From assembly GCF_006345805.1 (NCBI RefSeq), contig NC_043003.1:84134001-84198000 (forward strand): a stretch of DNA of 64,000 bases, in the 5' to 3' direction. Shown here piece by piece: positions 52,590 to 64,000 of the stretch. This DNA is from Octopus sinensis. Lineage: Eukaryota. Position 1 is the first letter of the stretch. Each line of letters starts with the position of its first letter. A program made the position numbers and the translations under genes. The notes under the pieces were generated by a model. The model searched no databases. It saw only the letters and a list, made by a program, of their open reading frames with translations, and was not told the origin of the DNA.

Positions 52590-52830
52590 TCCACATTACT
52601 CCGTAAGGAGCGTAGAGCAGGCTTCCCAGTTTCTGTACCGCATATATTCCTCCCTGGACAGGACGCCGGATCGTCGCAGGATTACTCACTTTTGTCAGGT
52701 GAGTGAACGGGAATAACGTGAAATGAAGTGTTTTGCTCAAGAACATAACGCATCACCCGGTCCAGGAATCGAAACCACAATCTTACGATTATGAGTCGAA
52801 CACCCTAATCACTAAGACATGCGCCTCCAT
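52590..52830 (-). mobile_element. CORE-type SINE with tail type D
   Basis: Same head and core as C2 (GTTTCGATTCCTGGACCGGG...GTTCTTGAGCAAAACACTTCATTTCACG), then a different tail AATCCTGCGACG...CCTGTCCAGGGAGG...GCTCCTTACGGAGTAA. Confidence 0.85.
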
Positions 52831-53158
52831 ACCTTGGGTTATGGGTATGGTGAAAAAAGGAAAAAGAAAAACAAACAAAAAATCTTAAACACAATAACAG
52901 CCGCCGATGCTGTCACTATTAGGATTTCTACGCTTAAAGAATACGTGCAAAGGGAGGCGATTGTTACTCTGTCAGTGACTGATTGTCTAATCATTCAACA
53001 GTTGTGTAACAGAGGCGATTAGAGAGAGAAAAATATGAGGGAGGGAAGGAGAGAAAGCGTGAGGGAGAGAGAAAGTAAGCAATGCAACATTAATGATGAT
53101 GCTTGCAATATATACACAAATATACATATACATACACACACACACACACACACACACA

Positions 53159-53193
<35 letters not shown>

Positions 53194-53335
53194 TATTATA
53201 TATATACATACATATATACATACATACACACAGGCATACATATACACATACATATATATGCATATACATACATACATATATCTATACATGTACACACACA
53301 TATATATATATATATACACGTACATATATACTCAT

Positions 53336-53385
<50 letters not shown>

Positions 53386-53535
53386 ACAAGTACATATATA
53401 CTCATACATATATGTGTGTATATATATATATATACACATATATATATGTATATATATATATGTGTGTATATATATAAACACACATACATATATACATACA
53501 TATATATATACAGATACATACATACATGCATACAT

Positions 53536-53576
<41 letters not shown>

Positions 53577-53589
53577 AACATAAACATTT

Positions 53590-53912
53590 ATGTGTTTGTG
53601 GCTTAGAGTTTAGGATATTCGACTTATGATCGTATGTTCATAAGTTCGATTCTTGACGGCGCGTTGCATCATTAAGCTAGACACGTTACTTCACGTTGCT
53701 CCAGTCCACTGAGCAGGCAGAAATGAGTCGTTCCTGTCATTCAGAGGGCCAGCCTTGTCACACTCTTATGTCACGTTGAGTCTCTCCCTGAGAATTACAT
53801 TATTGGGTAACCGTGTCTGTGGAGTGTTCGTCCGCTTGCACGTTCGTTTCACGAGCAAGCTGGACACGTTGATCCGATCGACTAGAATCCTTGTCGTCGT
53901 AAACGACGAAGG
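53590..53912 (+). mobile_element. Degenerate C2 SINE
   Basis: GTGGCTTAGAGTTTAGG...AAGTTCGATTC...TTCACGTTGCTCCAGTCCACT...GGCCAGCCTTGTCACAC...CTTGTCGTCGTAAACGACGAAGG. Confidence 0.85.
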
Positions 53913-54237
53913 TCCAGTTATACACACACACGCACACACACATTTATATAAACGCAAGCACTAGCTGAATTGATAAGAAGTTCGATTTTGCAACCCTGAG
54001 ATGCCAGGTTCGATTCTATTGTTTAACACATTTTGGGCACGGTTCTTTACTGCACATTCGGTTTCGTTCAAGCCTTGTTAGCGAAACTGAGTTGATGAAA
54101 TATTGGAGCCCCTTTGTGCACTAAAGAGATAGAGTGATAAAGAGAGAAATGTTGCAGAATTTGTACATAGAGAACTAGGAAAAGAATTTTAATAAAGGAT
54201 GAAAATCCAACACAATAAAGCTCTGTGTGTGTGTTTT

Positions 54238-54268
<31 letters not shown>

Positions 54269-54289
54269 TATATATACACACACACACAT

Positions 54290-54347
54290 CCATTCACATA
54301 CACGCATGCATATATACATGTTCACATACCTACACGCATGCATACAC

Positions 54348-54409
<62 letters not shown>

Positions 54410-54524
54410 TATAATATATACTTATTTTAGCAGCAGAAAATTCAACAAATCTGTTACTCTGAGTTTCTCGTTGCCGTTTCAGACAGTTTTTCCACCTTGT
54501 TTCACACATTTATGTGTTACTCCG

Positions 54525-54563
<39 letters not shown>

Positions 54564-54905
54564 CATACGCATACACGCATGCATATATACATGTTCACAT
54601 ACCTACACGCATGCATCACTATATATATATATATATACATACACATACATGCATGCATATATACATGTTCACATACCTACACGCATGCATACACTATATA
54701 TATATATCATACACATACATGCATGCATATATACATGTTCACATACCTACACATGCATACACTTATATATATATATTCATACACATACATGCATGCATTA
54801 TACATTTCCATACCTACACGCATGCATACACTATATATATATATACATACACATACACGCATGCATATATACATGTTCACATACCTACACGCATGCATAC
54901 ACTCA
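54290..54905. repeat. Compound ~60-bp repeat CACATACACGCATGCATATATACATGTTCACATACCTACACGCATGCATACAC plus (TA)n
   Basis: About 6 copies (e.g. ~54296, 54566, 54640, 54710, 54850), with a unique insert at 54420-54530. Confidence 0.85.
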
Positions 54906-55154
54906 TACATTTATATCGCTCTCCTCTCTTTCTCTTTCACGTATTTGAGTGTGTGTGTGTGTGTGTGCATGTGTGTGTGCGTGTGTGTGTGTGTGTGTGT
55001 GTGCGTGTGTGTGTGTGTGTGTATGTGTGTTTAAGCAAATCTGCCGTTTGTAAGTCATTAGAAACACTGGAATGGCAAACATGAGGCAATCACGAAACAT
55101 GATTGATGAAGACCCCAACAATCACGACATCATTTCACACTACTGTATCTCTTT

Positions 55155-55203
<49 letters not shown>

Positions 55204-55209
55204 TCTTTC

Positions 55210-55860
55210 ACCACCCACCACCACCACCAAAACCACAACCGCCATCGTAGCAAACATCACAAAGAACCACTATCGACACTACCACTACTTCCAGCATCAC
55301 TATTGTTATTATCATCACCCATACTACCATCACTACCATCGCTGTCAGTACCATTTTCATCACTGCCGCCGCCATTGTCACCATCACAAATGCTAGCAGC
55401 AGCAGCATTACCACCACCACCACACCACCACCACCACCACCATCACCACCACCGCCACTATAACACTATCACAATCAACATCAGCACCACCATTCTCAAT
55501 AGCATTCCCGCCACCGCCACTATAACCACCACTACAACCATCAACAGGAGCGCGACGACGACGACCATCACCCCCCACCACCACCACCACCATAACCATC
55601 ATCACAACCAACAGTAGCAGCAGCAGTACCACCACCGCCGCAAGCATCATCACTATCACTGTCAATACTATTTCCCCCACCGCCAGCATAACCACCACCA
55701 CCACCACCACCACCACCACACCACCACCACCACCACCGCCGCCGCTCGTCTATTCTCACTACACTCATCATCTCTTCTAATTCTACATCACAACCCCTTC
55801 TGCTTTCCTGTACATCATCGTTTCCACTCGACCCCCACCAGCTTCCACATTCCCACCTCA
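55210..55860. repeat. (ACC/CAT)n low-complexity tract (similar at 9640-9720, 15190-15360, 38700-38930, 41910-42110, 51360-51720, 57290-57660, 58295-58480)
   Basis: Imperfect trinucleotide repeats; these are the source of the poly-H/T/V ORFs in the track. Confidence 0.95.
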
Positions 55861-56582
55861 CCATCTCTTTGTTTTCACTTACCCGCAGTTCAACCCAAGA
55901 CCACCGTACAATACCCCAACTACAATACTGTAGTTCATCACCAACTATATCACTACCCCCAACTCACCTTTGAATTACTCCGTCAAAATATTTCATAATA
56001 TACAATTACACTGCTTTACATTTTGCGTTCAAATCCTGCTGAGACCATTGCTGCATTTCATATACCCAAGGGTAGATGGACTAAGCTTCAGTTAAACAAT
56101 GAGGTTCACTGAATTGGTTCTACCTCCTCCCTAACCATAGTATATAAATTCGAATGAAATCATTGTCATAAACATTTTTAATATTACCGAAAACTTGGTT
56201 TCGGGATTTGCCAATATCTTGTTCTCGGTAATAATGTCGATCAATAGGTGTACCGGAATTAGGGATTCGTCAAAAGGAATATATATGTCTTACTCAGCAC
56301 CATGATTTATCTTTTTCTGTCAGCCAAAATATTCAGACATTGCGTAAGAGAGCTATCTACTATCTTATGCAACCGACAATAGTATGTGTGTATGAATGTA
56401 TATGCGTGTGTGTGTGTGAATATATATATATTAAATATGAATGTGTGTATATATATATTATATATAAATGTGTGTGTGTATACATATATATATATGTATA
56501 TCTGTATATATATATTATTACTCTACCACTGGTATTTGAGTACTCTTTTTTCCACCTTGTTTCACATTTATGTGTTTACTCC

Positions 56583-56617
<35 letters not shown>

Positions 56618-57666
56618 CATGAATAGAAATGGCTTTTCTTATAATTTTTTTTTTCATTTTAATAATTAGGTGTTTATAAATACATACACCACACACACAA
56701 ACATACGCGCGCACACACACACAGACACACACTCACAGAAACACACACACACACACACACACACATAGAGAGAGAGATAGAGTGAGATAGTTAGATAGAT
56801 AGAGAAAGAGAAAGGCAGATGCTTCGGTTCTTCAAACAAGTGAGCATTCGTGCACACAAACGTTGCACACACATTAACGCGCAATCACAAAGAATCATAC
56901 AAAACACACAAATACAGAAATGCACAATGAAGCTCCACGCCCCCACCCCACCCCACCCCATCCCCACTCCCAGCCTCTACCCCCCCTCCCCGCACACGCA
57001 CACAAGGTAGACACAGAGTCTCTTACAGAATTCCACACACACACACACACACACTTCCTGACGTTCAGGTATCACGATAAACTGCAACTACACCTCACGC
57101 ACACACACACATACGCATCTCTCTCTCTCTTTCTCCCCCCCTCTCTCTCTCTCTCACCTGTCACAAGTGACCATCTCCTTCCACGCCCCGACTCTCCATT
57201 CCACTGCCATCAATTTCAGATGACGTCATCACATCATTTCAACACCGTTTCAATCCTAGTCTCCACCCGCCCACTTTACATTATAACTCGGTATCACCAC
57301 CTACTACTACTACTACAATCAATCTCACCACTACCACCACCGTAGCCACCTCAGTCAACAGCATCGAGACCACTACAACTACAATCTATACCACTACTAC
57401 TAGCACCACAACCACCTCCATTACCACCACTACCACCATCACAACCATCACAACTTTTATATCAATACCTTCACTACCATCCACGAAGCCATCACCACCA
57501 CAACCACTACAATTAACACTTATTTCCACCTCCACCACCACCACCATCATCACTATTACCATCACTGCCACCAACATCACCACCTCCGCTACTACATCTA
57601 CTACTACCATCACCACCAACACCACCAACACCACCAACATCACTCCCATCTCCACCACCATCTATA

Positions 57667-58291
57667 TATTTCTCTACTATGCTAAACATAGAGGGGACAA
57701 ACGGATTAAGTCGATTACATCGACCCCAGTGCGTAACTGGTACTTAATTTATCGACCCCCGAAAGGATGAAAGGCAAAGTCGACCTCGGCGGAATTTGAA
57801 CCCAGAACGTAACGGCAGACTCAGTGCGTAACTGGTACTTAATTTATCGACCCCGAAAGGATGAAAGGCAAAGTCGGCCTCGGCGGAATTTGAACCCAGA
57901 ACGTAACGGCAGACTCAGTGCGTAACTGGTACTTAATTTATCGACCCCGAAAGGATGAAAGGCAAAGTCGACCTCGGCGGAATTTGAACCCAGAACGTAA
58001 CGGCAGACTCAGTGCGTAACTGGTACTTAATTTATCGACCCCGAAAGGATGAAAGGCAAAGTCGGCCTCGGCGGAATTTGAACCCAGAACGTAACGGCAG
58101 ACTCAGTGCGTAACTGGTACTTAATTTATCGACCCCGAAAGGATGAAAGGCAAAGTCGGCCTCGGCGGAATTTGAACCCAGAACGTAACGGCAGACTCAG
58201 TGCGTAACTGGTACTTAATTTATCGACCCCGAAAGGATGAAAGGCAAAGTCGGCCTCGGCGGAATTTGAACCCAGAACGTAACGGCAGACT
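57667..58291 (-). mobile_element. 5'-truncated SINE family A insertion with its central 94 bp expanded to 6 tandem units
   Basis: Units start at 57727, 57822, 57916, 58010, 58104 and 58198. Flanking direct repeat CTCCACC(A/T)CCATCTATA at 57650-57666 and 58290-58306. Confidence 0.93.
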
Positions 58292-59011
58292 CCACCTCCA
58301 TCTATAGCCACCACAGCCAACAACATCATTACCGCTATAATCACAACCTTGCACCACCACCACCACCACCACTTGCACCATCACCACCACCACAAGCAAC
58401 ACTTATCACTATCACTACCACCACTATTATCACCACCTCCACTACCAACAACAACAACAACGACAAGACAACGAAGATGACAGCATGAACAACACCCCAG
58501 AACCTAATGAGTAAAGAAAAAAAAATTGACAGCAAGAAGACATCCTGACAAACTTTGAAGAGGAAAACACAAAACGTGGAGAAGGCTGTTGGGATGTGAC
58601 GGGGAAATGTATGGAAGAAAAGAAGAATGGTCTCCGGTGGAAGTCTTTTGGAATGCATTTCCGACAGCAATGATGACATCACGAGGAATGACAAAGTCAC
58701 GGAGAGGAGCTGTGTGTGTGTGTGTGTGTATGTGGATGTGTACAGGGGTGGAGAGACAATGTATGAAATATATTGAGGAGATGTGTGTATGTGTGGAGAG
58801 AGAAAGAGAGAGAAAGAGACGGAGAATGATTGATATGTGTCGAAATGGAAGAGAGAAAAGGATGAGATGTAGAGGAGACAGATACACGTATAGGTAGATA
58901 GACAGACAGACGTGTAGATATAGAGACTGATAGATAGACAGGTAAATGGACAGACAGACAAGCAAATGGATTGACAGACAGATAGATAGACAGACAGATA
59001 GAAAGACATGC

Positions 59012-59066
<55 letters not shown>

Positions 59067-59093
59067 GCGAGAGAGAGATAAAGACAGACGGAC

Positions 59094-59164
<71 letters not shown>

Positions 59165-59540
59165 GCGAGAGAGGGAGAGAGATAAAGACAGACGGACAGA
59201 TAGATAGATAGATAGAGCAAGACGAAAATTTAGATATACAGTGAGAAACAGAGACAGACAGTCACAGTGCTATTAACACTGGTTATATTTATATCATTCG
59301 GCATCGAGGGATTTAGTGACGTTCATGTCATTTTGGAAAGAAAATCATGACTCTAGCAAAGTGACTAGTTTCTGAATCTGGTTCAGTAGAAAGCTCTGGG
59401 GTATGATGCGATCTCTGAGTGAATTTGATCGTGTGTCGTGACAGCACCGAAGACCAGATCAGATTTTTGTTTTTAATTTTAATTCATATTTTGATTCAAT
59501 AGAATTCTAAGAAGAAAGACGTGACTATTTTAAACACCTT

Positions 59541-59544
<4 letters not shown>

Positions 59545-59627
<83 letters not shown>

Positions 59628-59790
59628 CACACTTTACCAGCTCTCCCCTCTCTATCATGCACACTTTAACATCTCTCCCCTTTCTCTCTCTCTCTCTCTC
59701 TCTCATACACACTTTACCAGCTCTCCCCTCTCTATCATGCACACTTTACCAGCTCTCCCCTCTCTGTCATGCACACTTTAACATCTCTCC

Positions 59791-59825
<35 letters not shown>

Positions 59826-59908
59826 CACACTTTACCAGCTCTCCCCTCTCTATCATGCACACTTTACCAGCTCTCCCCTCTCTGTCATGCACACTTTAAC
59901 ATCTCTCC

Positions 59909-59945
<37 letters not shown>
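59545..59945. repeat. Higher-order (CT)n-based tandem repeat
   Basis: Three (CT)n-ATACACACTTTACCAGCTCTCCCCTCTCTATCATGCACACTTTA... units with internal sub-repeats. Confidence 0.9.
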
Positions 59946-59946
<1 letters not shown>

Positions 59947-60338
59947 ATATACACTTTCTCACACAATCTTTTAAATATTTTCCCATCACTCACACAAACC
60001 TTAACATTTCTTCTTCGCTCTCTTTCTTTCTCTTTCTTTCTTTCTTTCGTTCTTTCTCTCTCACTTCTGTAATGCCACTTCGCTCCCCTCTCAGCATCTC
60101 TCACACTCTTTAATACACGAAGCCCCAATCATCATACCGCGCCGCGGACCAGTACCAAACCATGGATTATTTGGCAGCGAGCCGCACAGAAAGAGACAAA
60201 AATTTTAATTTTAAAATTTTATTAATAAATATTGGTTTCAAATATTGGTACAAAGGACTAAGTTTTCTGGAGCTGAGGTTAAGCAACAAATTAACCAAAA
60301 TATCGCTACATCAGTTACGCGAAAAAAAACAACAAAAT

Positions 60339-60391
60339 ATGCAAAGGAAACCCTACGTAGCCACTACACTAAGTATGTCTGTTTTTATTGG
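60339..60391 (+). CDS. Candidate first coding exon MQRKPYVATTLSMSVFI(G)
   Basis: A-rich start context AACAAAAT-ATG; donor TGG|GTAAGT at 60392 (phase 2); frame also open from the ATG at 60162. Confidence 0.3.
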
Positions 60392-61014
60392 GTAAGTAGG
60401 GGCCCCAAACATATTGATTTAGTAAAGTGAGGATGCAATACTTTAGACGGTTTTATGGAGAGTCAAGACTTGTTTGTTTTATTACATTTTCCAACGAGTC
60501 CTTTAAAAAAGGCTTGAAGACTCTAGGTTATAAATTAAATAAATTTGGTTGTTATTTCTAGCACGGATCTAGGAGGACTGATACCAGTGTGCCAGTGAGC
60601 CTGTGTGCCAGTGTGCAAGTGTGTGAAAACTAGAATACTTTTAATCGTAAGTTTGTTCGATCCAGGCCAGCCTGGGTCTAAACCAACAACGTCACACCAA
60701 CACGACTTACAATTTATCCAATCCGTTTGTTCACGGATATTAAGGGACCCCTCATATCTATCAAATAGAAGGAATATTATTGATATATGTAAGTTGAGAA
60801 AAACAACACAAAACACAAAACACAAAAATAAATCGTGTACATGTGTTTGTAAATTATGTTTAGCGTAATTCAATTTTTCGCCTTCAGTTGTCTCCCTTGC
60901 TCCATTAGTCGATTTTTGGCGCGAGTTTATACTTGCAAATGCGCATATACACAACTATATGCATATATAAACATGTGTATGTATATTTGTATGTGAGTGC
61001 GCGTGTGATGTTGG

Positions 61015-61069
<55 letters not shown>

Positions 61070-61073
61070 CATC

Positions 61074-61104
<31 letters not shown>

Positions 61105-61269
61105 CTGTCTGACTATTTATCACTATTTCCTACTTCATATGCATTCATTAGAAAACAGTAGGTAGGTAGGGAAATATATATATATATATATATGTCTTAT
61201 ATGGAGGGGAAGAGAGAGGGGTGAAGTAGCTTGGGATAAAAGTGTAGGATATGCAGTGTGTGCATGTGT

Positions 61270-61630
<361 letters not shown>

Positions 61631-61656
61631 GGGACAGAGAGACAGGAAGTGATAGG

Positions 61657-61727
61657 GAGGGAGAGGGAAGACAAAGACTAAAGACAGAGAGAGTGAAGCC
61701 AGAGATGGAAATAAAGAGAGCTGAAAT

Positions 61728-61761
<34 letters not shown>

Positions 61762-61840
61762 GAGATATGGAGGGAGAGGGAAGACAAAGACTAAAGACAG
61801 AGAGAGTGAAGCCAGAGATGGAAATAAAGAGAGCTGAAAT

Positions 61841-61905
<65 letters not shown>
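61657..61905. repeat. Two-copy tandem duplication (~115 bp) with (GA)n
   Basis: GGGAGAGGGAAGACAAAGACTAAAGACAGAGAGAGTGAAGCCAGAGATGGAAATAAAGAGAGCTGAAATTGGAGAG is present twice. Confidence 0.92.
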
Positions 61906-61907
<2 letters not shown>

Positions 61908-62149
61908 TAAACGTTAGAAATGTTAACGTTTAACTACAACATGTAAAAGCTTTGATCATATGATGTAGTTTGTCACAAATGACAGACACTCAGCACAACT
62001 TAACAAAAGTGAGTCATGGCTTAAGATCCTTCGAAAGGATTTACCTTCTTTCACATGATTTCCATCATCAATCATATTACTACCACCACTACCACCACCA
62101 CCACCACTACTACTACTGCTACTTTTTAGGCTCGGCGACTGCTGTTTCA

Positions 62150-62340
62150 TAGAAGAGAGACTAGTTGATACCATTGACCCAAATACTTGACTGGTATTTC
62201 ATTTTATCGATTCCGAAAAAAAAAGAAAGTTAAAGCTAACGTCGTTGAGATTTGAACCCAGTCCGTGAAGAGTCGCAAGGAAATATCGCAAGGCATTTTG
62301 TCTGACATTCTAACGATTCTGGCAATCCACCGCTTTTGAT
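62150..62340 (-). mobile_element. Degenerate SINE family A copy
   Basis: TTGACCCAAATACTTGACTGGTATTTCATTTTATCGA...GAGATTTGAACCCAG...GCATTTTGTCTGACATTCTAACGATTCTGGCA on the + strand. Confidence 0.75.
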
Positions 62341-63706
62341 TGTTTCTAACATAGGTACAAGATCTGAAATTTCTTTTGTGGGGTTGGGGGTTAGCCGATA
62401 ACATTGATGAACTCAGAATAAAACTAGAAAAGATCAGTTATTGTAAAGAATTTTTCATGGTGCTTTAACAATTTGTCTGATGATCATCGAATTGTCTGAG
62501 TCGTTAGAGCTTCAGGCAGAACGCTTTGCAGTGAAGGAATACAGTAAATAATAAAGTAAAAACAATCACGATCATACGAATATGGTGATGAGGGTGGTGG
62601 TGGTGATAGTGGTCAACTACGTTAGCAAGAACCAGTGGGCAAAATTTGAAAATTTGAAGGAAGCCGTATGGCTGGGAGAAACAGGATATTCGACGCTTCA
62701 AGTACTGGCCTTCGTCTGATATACTGTTGTAAGACCAAACATGTATAAGTGGATATGGTCGAGTGATTTTCCTTCAGTATTTTATTGATTGTTTTTAAGC
62801 TCGTGCGAAGATAGTAATAATCCCAGGTCCCATTTTAACTGGATATAAAATATAGGTCATATGCCAAATATGAAATGTGGGTTTCATTTCAACAAGGCTG
62901 AATGTAATGTGAAATGTAAGCTTCGCTTCAACTGGTTTTAAGTCGTTGGCCAGAAGAGAAATATAGGCTTCGTTTCAACTAGTAATAGTCCCAAGCCAAA
63001 TGTTACGTGATATGTTGGCCTCATTTCAATTGCTGTACCAGGACAGGCGTGACGTAAAATCTAAGTCCCGTTTTTACCGGTAAATGGCTCAGGACGCATA
63101 AAATGCAGTACTTGTTTTAAACTTCTCATTAAGTATTTTACTAACCAGTGCTAAATATATGTGATGCATGTATAACTTATAAATATATACATGTACATGT
63201 AGTTAGTGTACATAATGTACTTGCAAATTAAATGAAAAAATAAACTAGAACGATTTATAAAAAAGGTAATATTTTAAGATAGAAGCTTTCATTTTGCCTT
63301 TAACAAGGAGAACAGACCTCCTGAAAATCACAGGCACATGTCAAGAGTTCCACTTGATGCCCTTCTTCTGTTTTGGTCAAGTAATAATTTTGAATCAACT
63401 AAGCGGGTTTCCTCGAAAACAGCAGTGTTTGTATCTCCATAACGCATAGCTTATTAAAATTGACAAACTTTACGAAATAATGAACTGATTTGAATTGAAA
63501 CTGAGTGCTGATAGTGGACTTAGAGACTGGTTACTTGGACATATTCTTATCTAACTCATTATTTTCTCTTCCCGCCAATGTCCAACATCAACATTACATC
63601 ATAGCTATTAAGCTCCATTACGATAAATTTCCCTTATTTCCTGGTGATATCTTACAACAATGTGTCTATGTTGGCGTATTATTGTTGAGTCGACCTTATA
63701 TATATA

Positions 63707-63904
63707 CAGGCTGGTCCAAAAGTAGGTTTACAGTTATTCATATATTAACAGTTTAGATCTTAATTATATAAAAAAAAATATGAAACAATTATTCTATGCT
63801 AATTTAGTTAATTTATAAAATAGAAATTTAAATGTAATAAAATGTTTTAAAAGAAATTTGAAGTGCCTACGTGATAACTGCAAACCTACTTTTGGTCCAC
63901 CCTG
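63707..63904. mobile_element. Tc1/mariner MITE, 198 bp
   Basis: TA|CAGGCTGGTCCAAAAGTAGGTTTACAGTTA ... TAACTGCAAACCTACTTTTGGTCCACCCTG|TA (30-bp TIR, 3 mismatches). Confidence 0.92.
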
Positions 63905-64000
63905 TATATATAAGCTATACGCTTTAAGGATGTGAAACCATTGGTCACACTATGACCAGATATGTACTTAACTGCTTATAAATACATTACTGTTTTAGCC

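Noticed and set aside
57727-58291. CRISPR-like array
   Set aside because: Units are contiguous with no unique spacers, are a fragment of the dispersed family A SINE, and there are no cas genes; the DNA is eukaryotic.
62815-63080. CRISPR interpretation of the repeat-spacer pattern
   Set aside because: The repeats are highly degenerate, the spacing is irregular, there is no leader or cas gene, and the context is eukaryotic.

Overview
This is eukaryotic, AT-rich genomic DNA, almost certainly cephalopod (probably Octopus, judged from recalled SINE families), with a 100-N gap at 2129-2228. It behaves like intron or intergenic sequence. No complete protein-coding gene is visible, and nearly all ORFs in the supplied track are translations of microsatellites ((TA)n, (CA)n, (GA)n, (GATA)n, (ACC)n). 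The window is built from several tRNA-derived SINE families, many with clean 11-17 bp target-site duplications (TSDs). It also holds two decayed mariner transposase copies, a decayed R4/Dong-like (RLE) LINE, a probable RTE-like LINE scrap, Tc1/mariner, pogo, hAT and piggyBac-type MITEs, and two non-autonomous Helitrons, one nested in a piggyBac-like MITE. The most interesting signals are: (1) a ~125-bp tandem repeat carrying degenerate minimal hammerhead-ribozyme cores (35.8-36.0 kb); (2) a consensus recursive-splice site, i.e. a zero-length exon, on the minus strand at 45140; (3) a TSD-bounded 6 x 94-bp array made from a SINE's B-box and central domain; (4) SINEs sharing one head and core but carrying different tails; and (5) a few isolated candidate exons and microexons. 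All splice and exon calls are predictions from motifs only.
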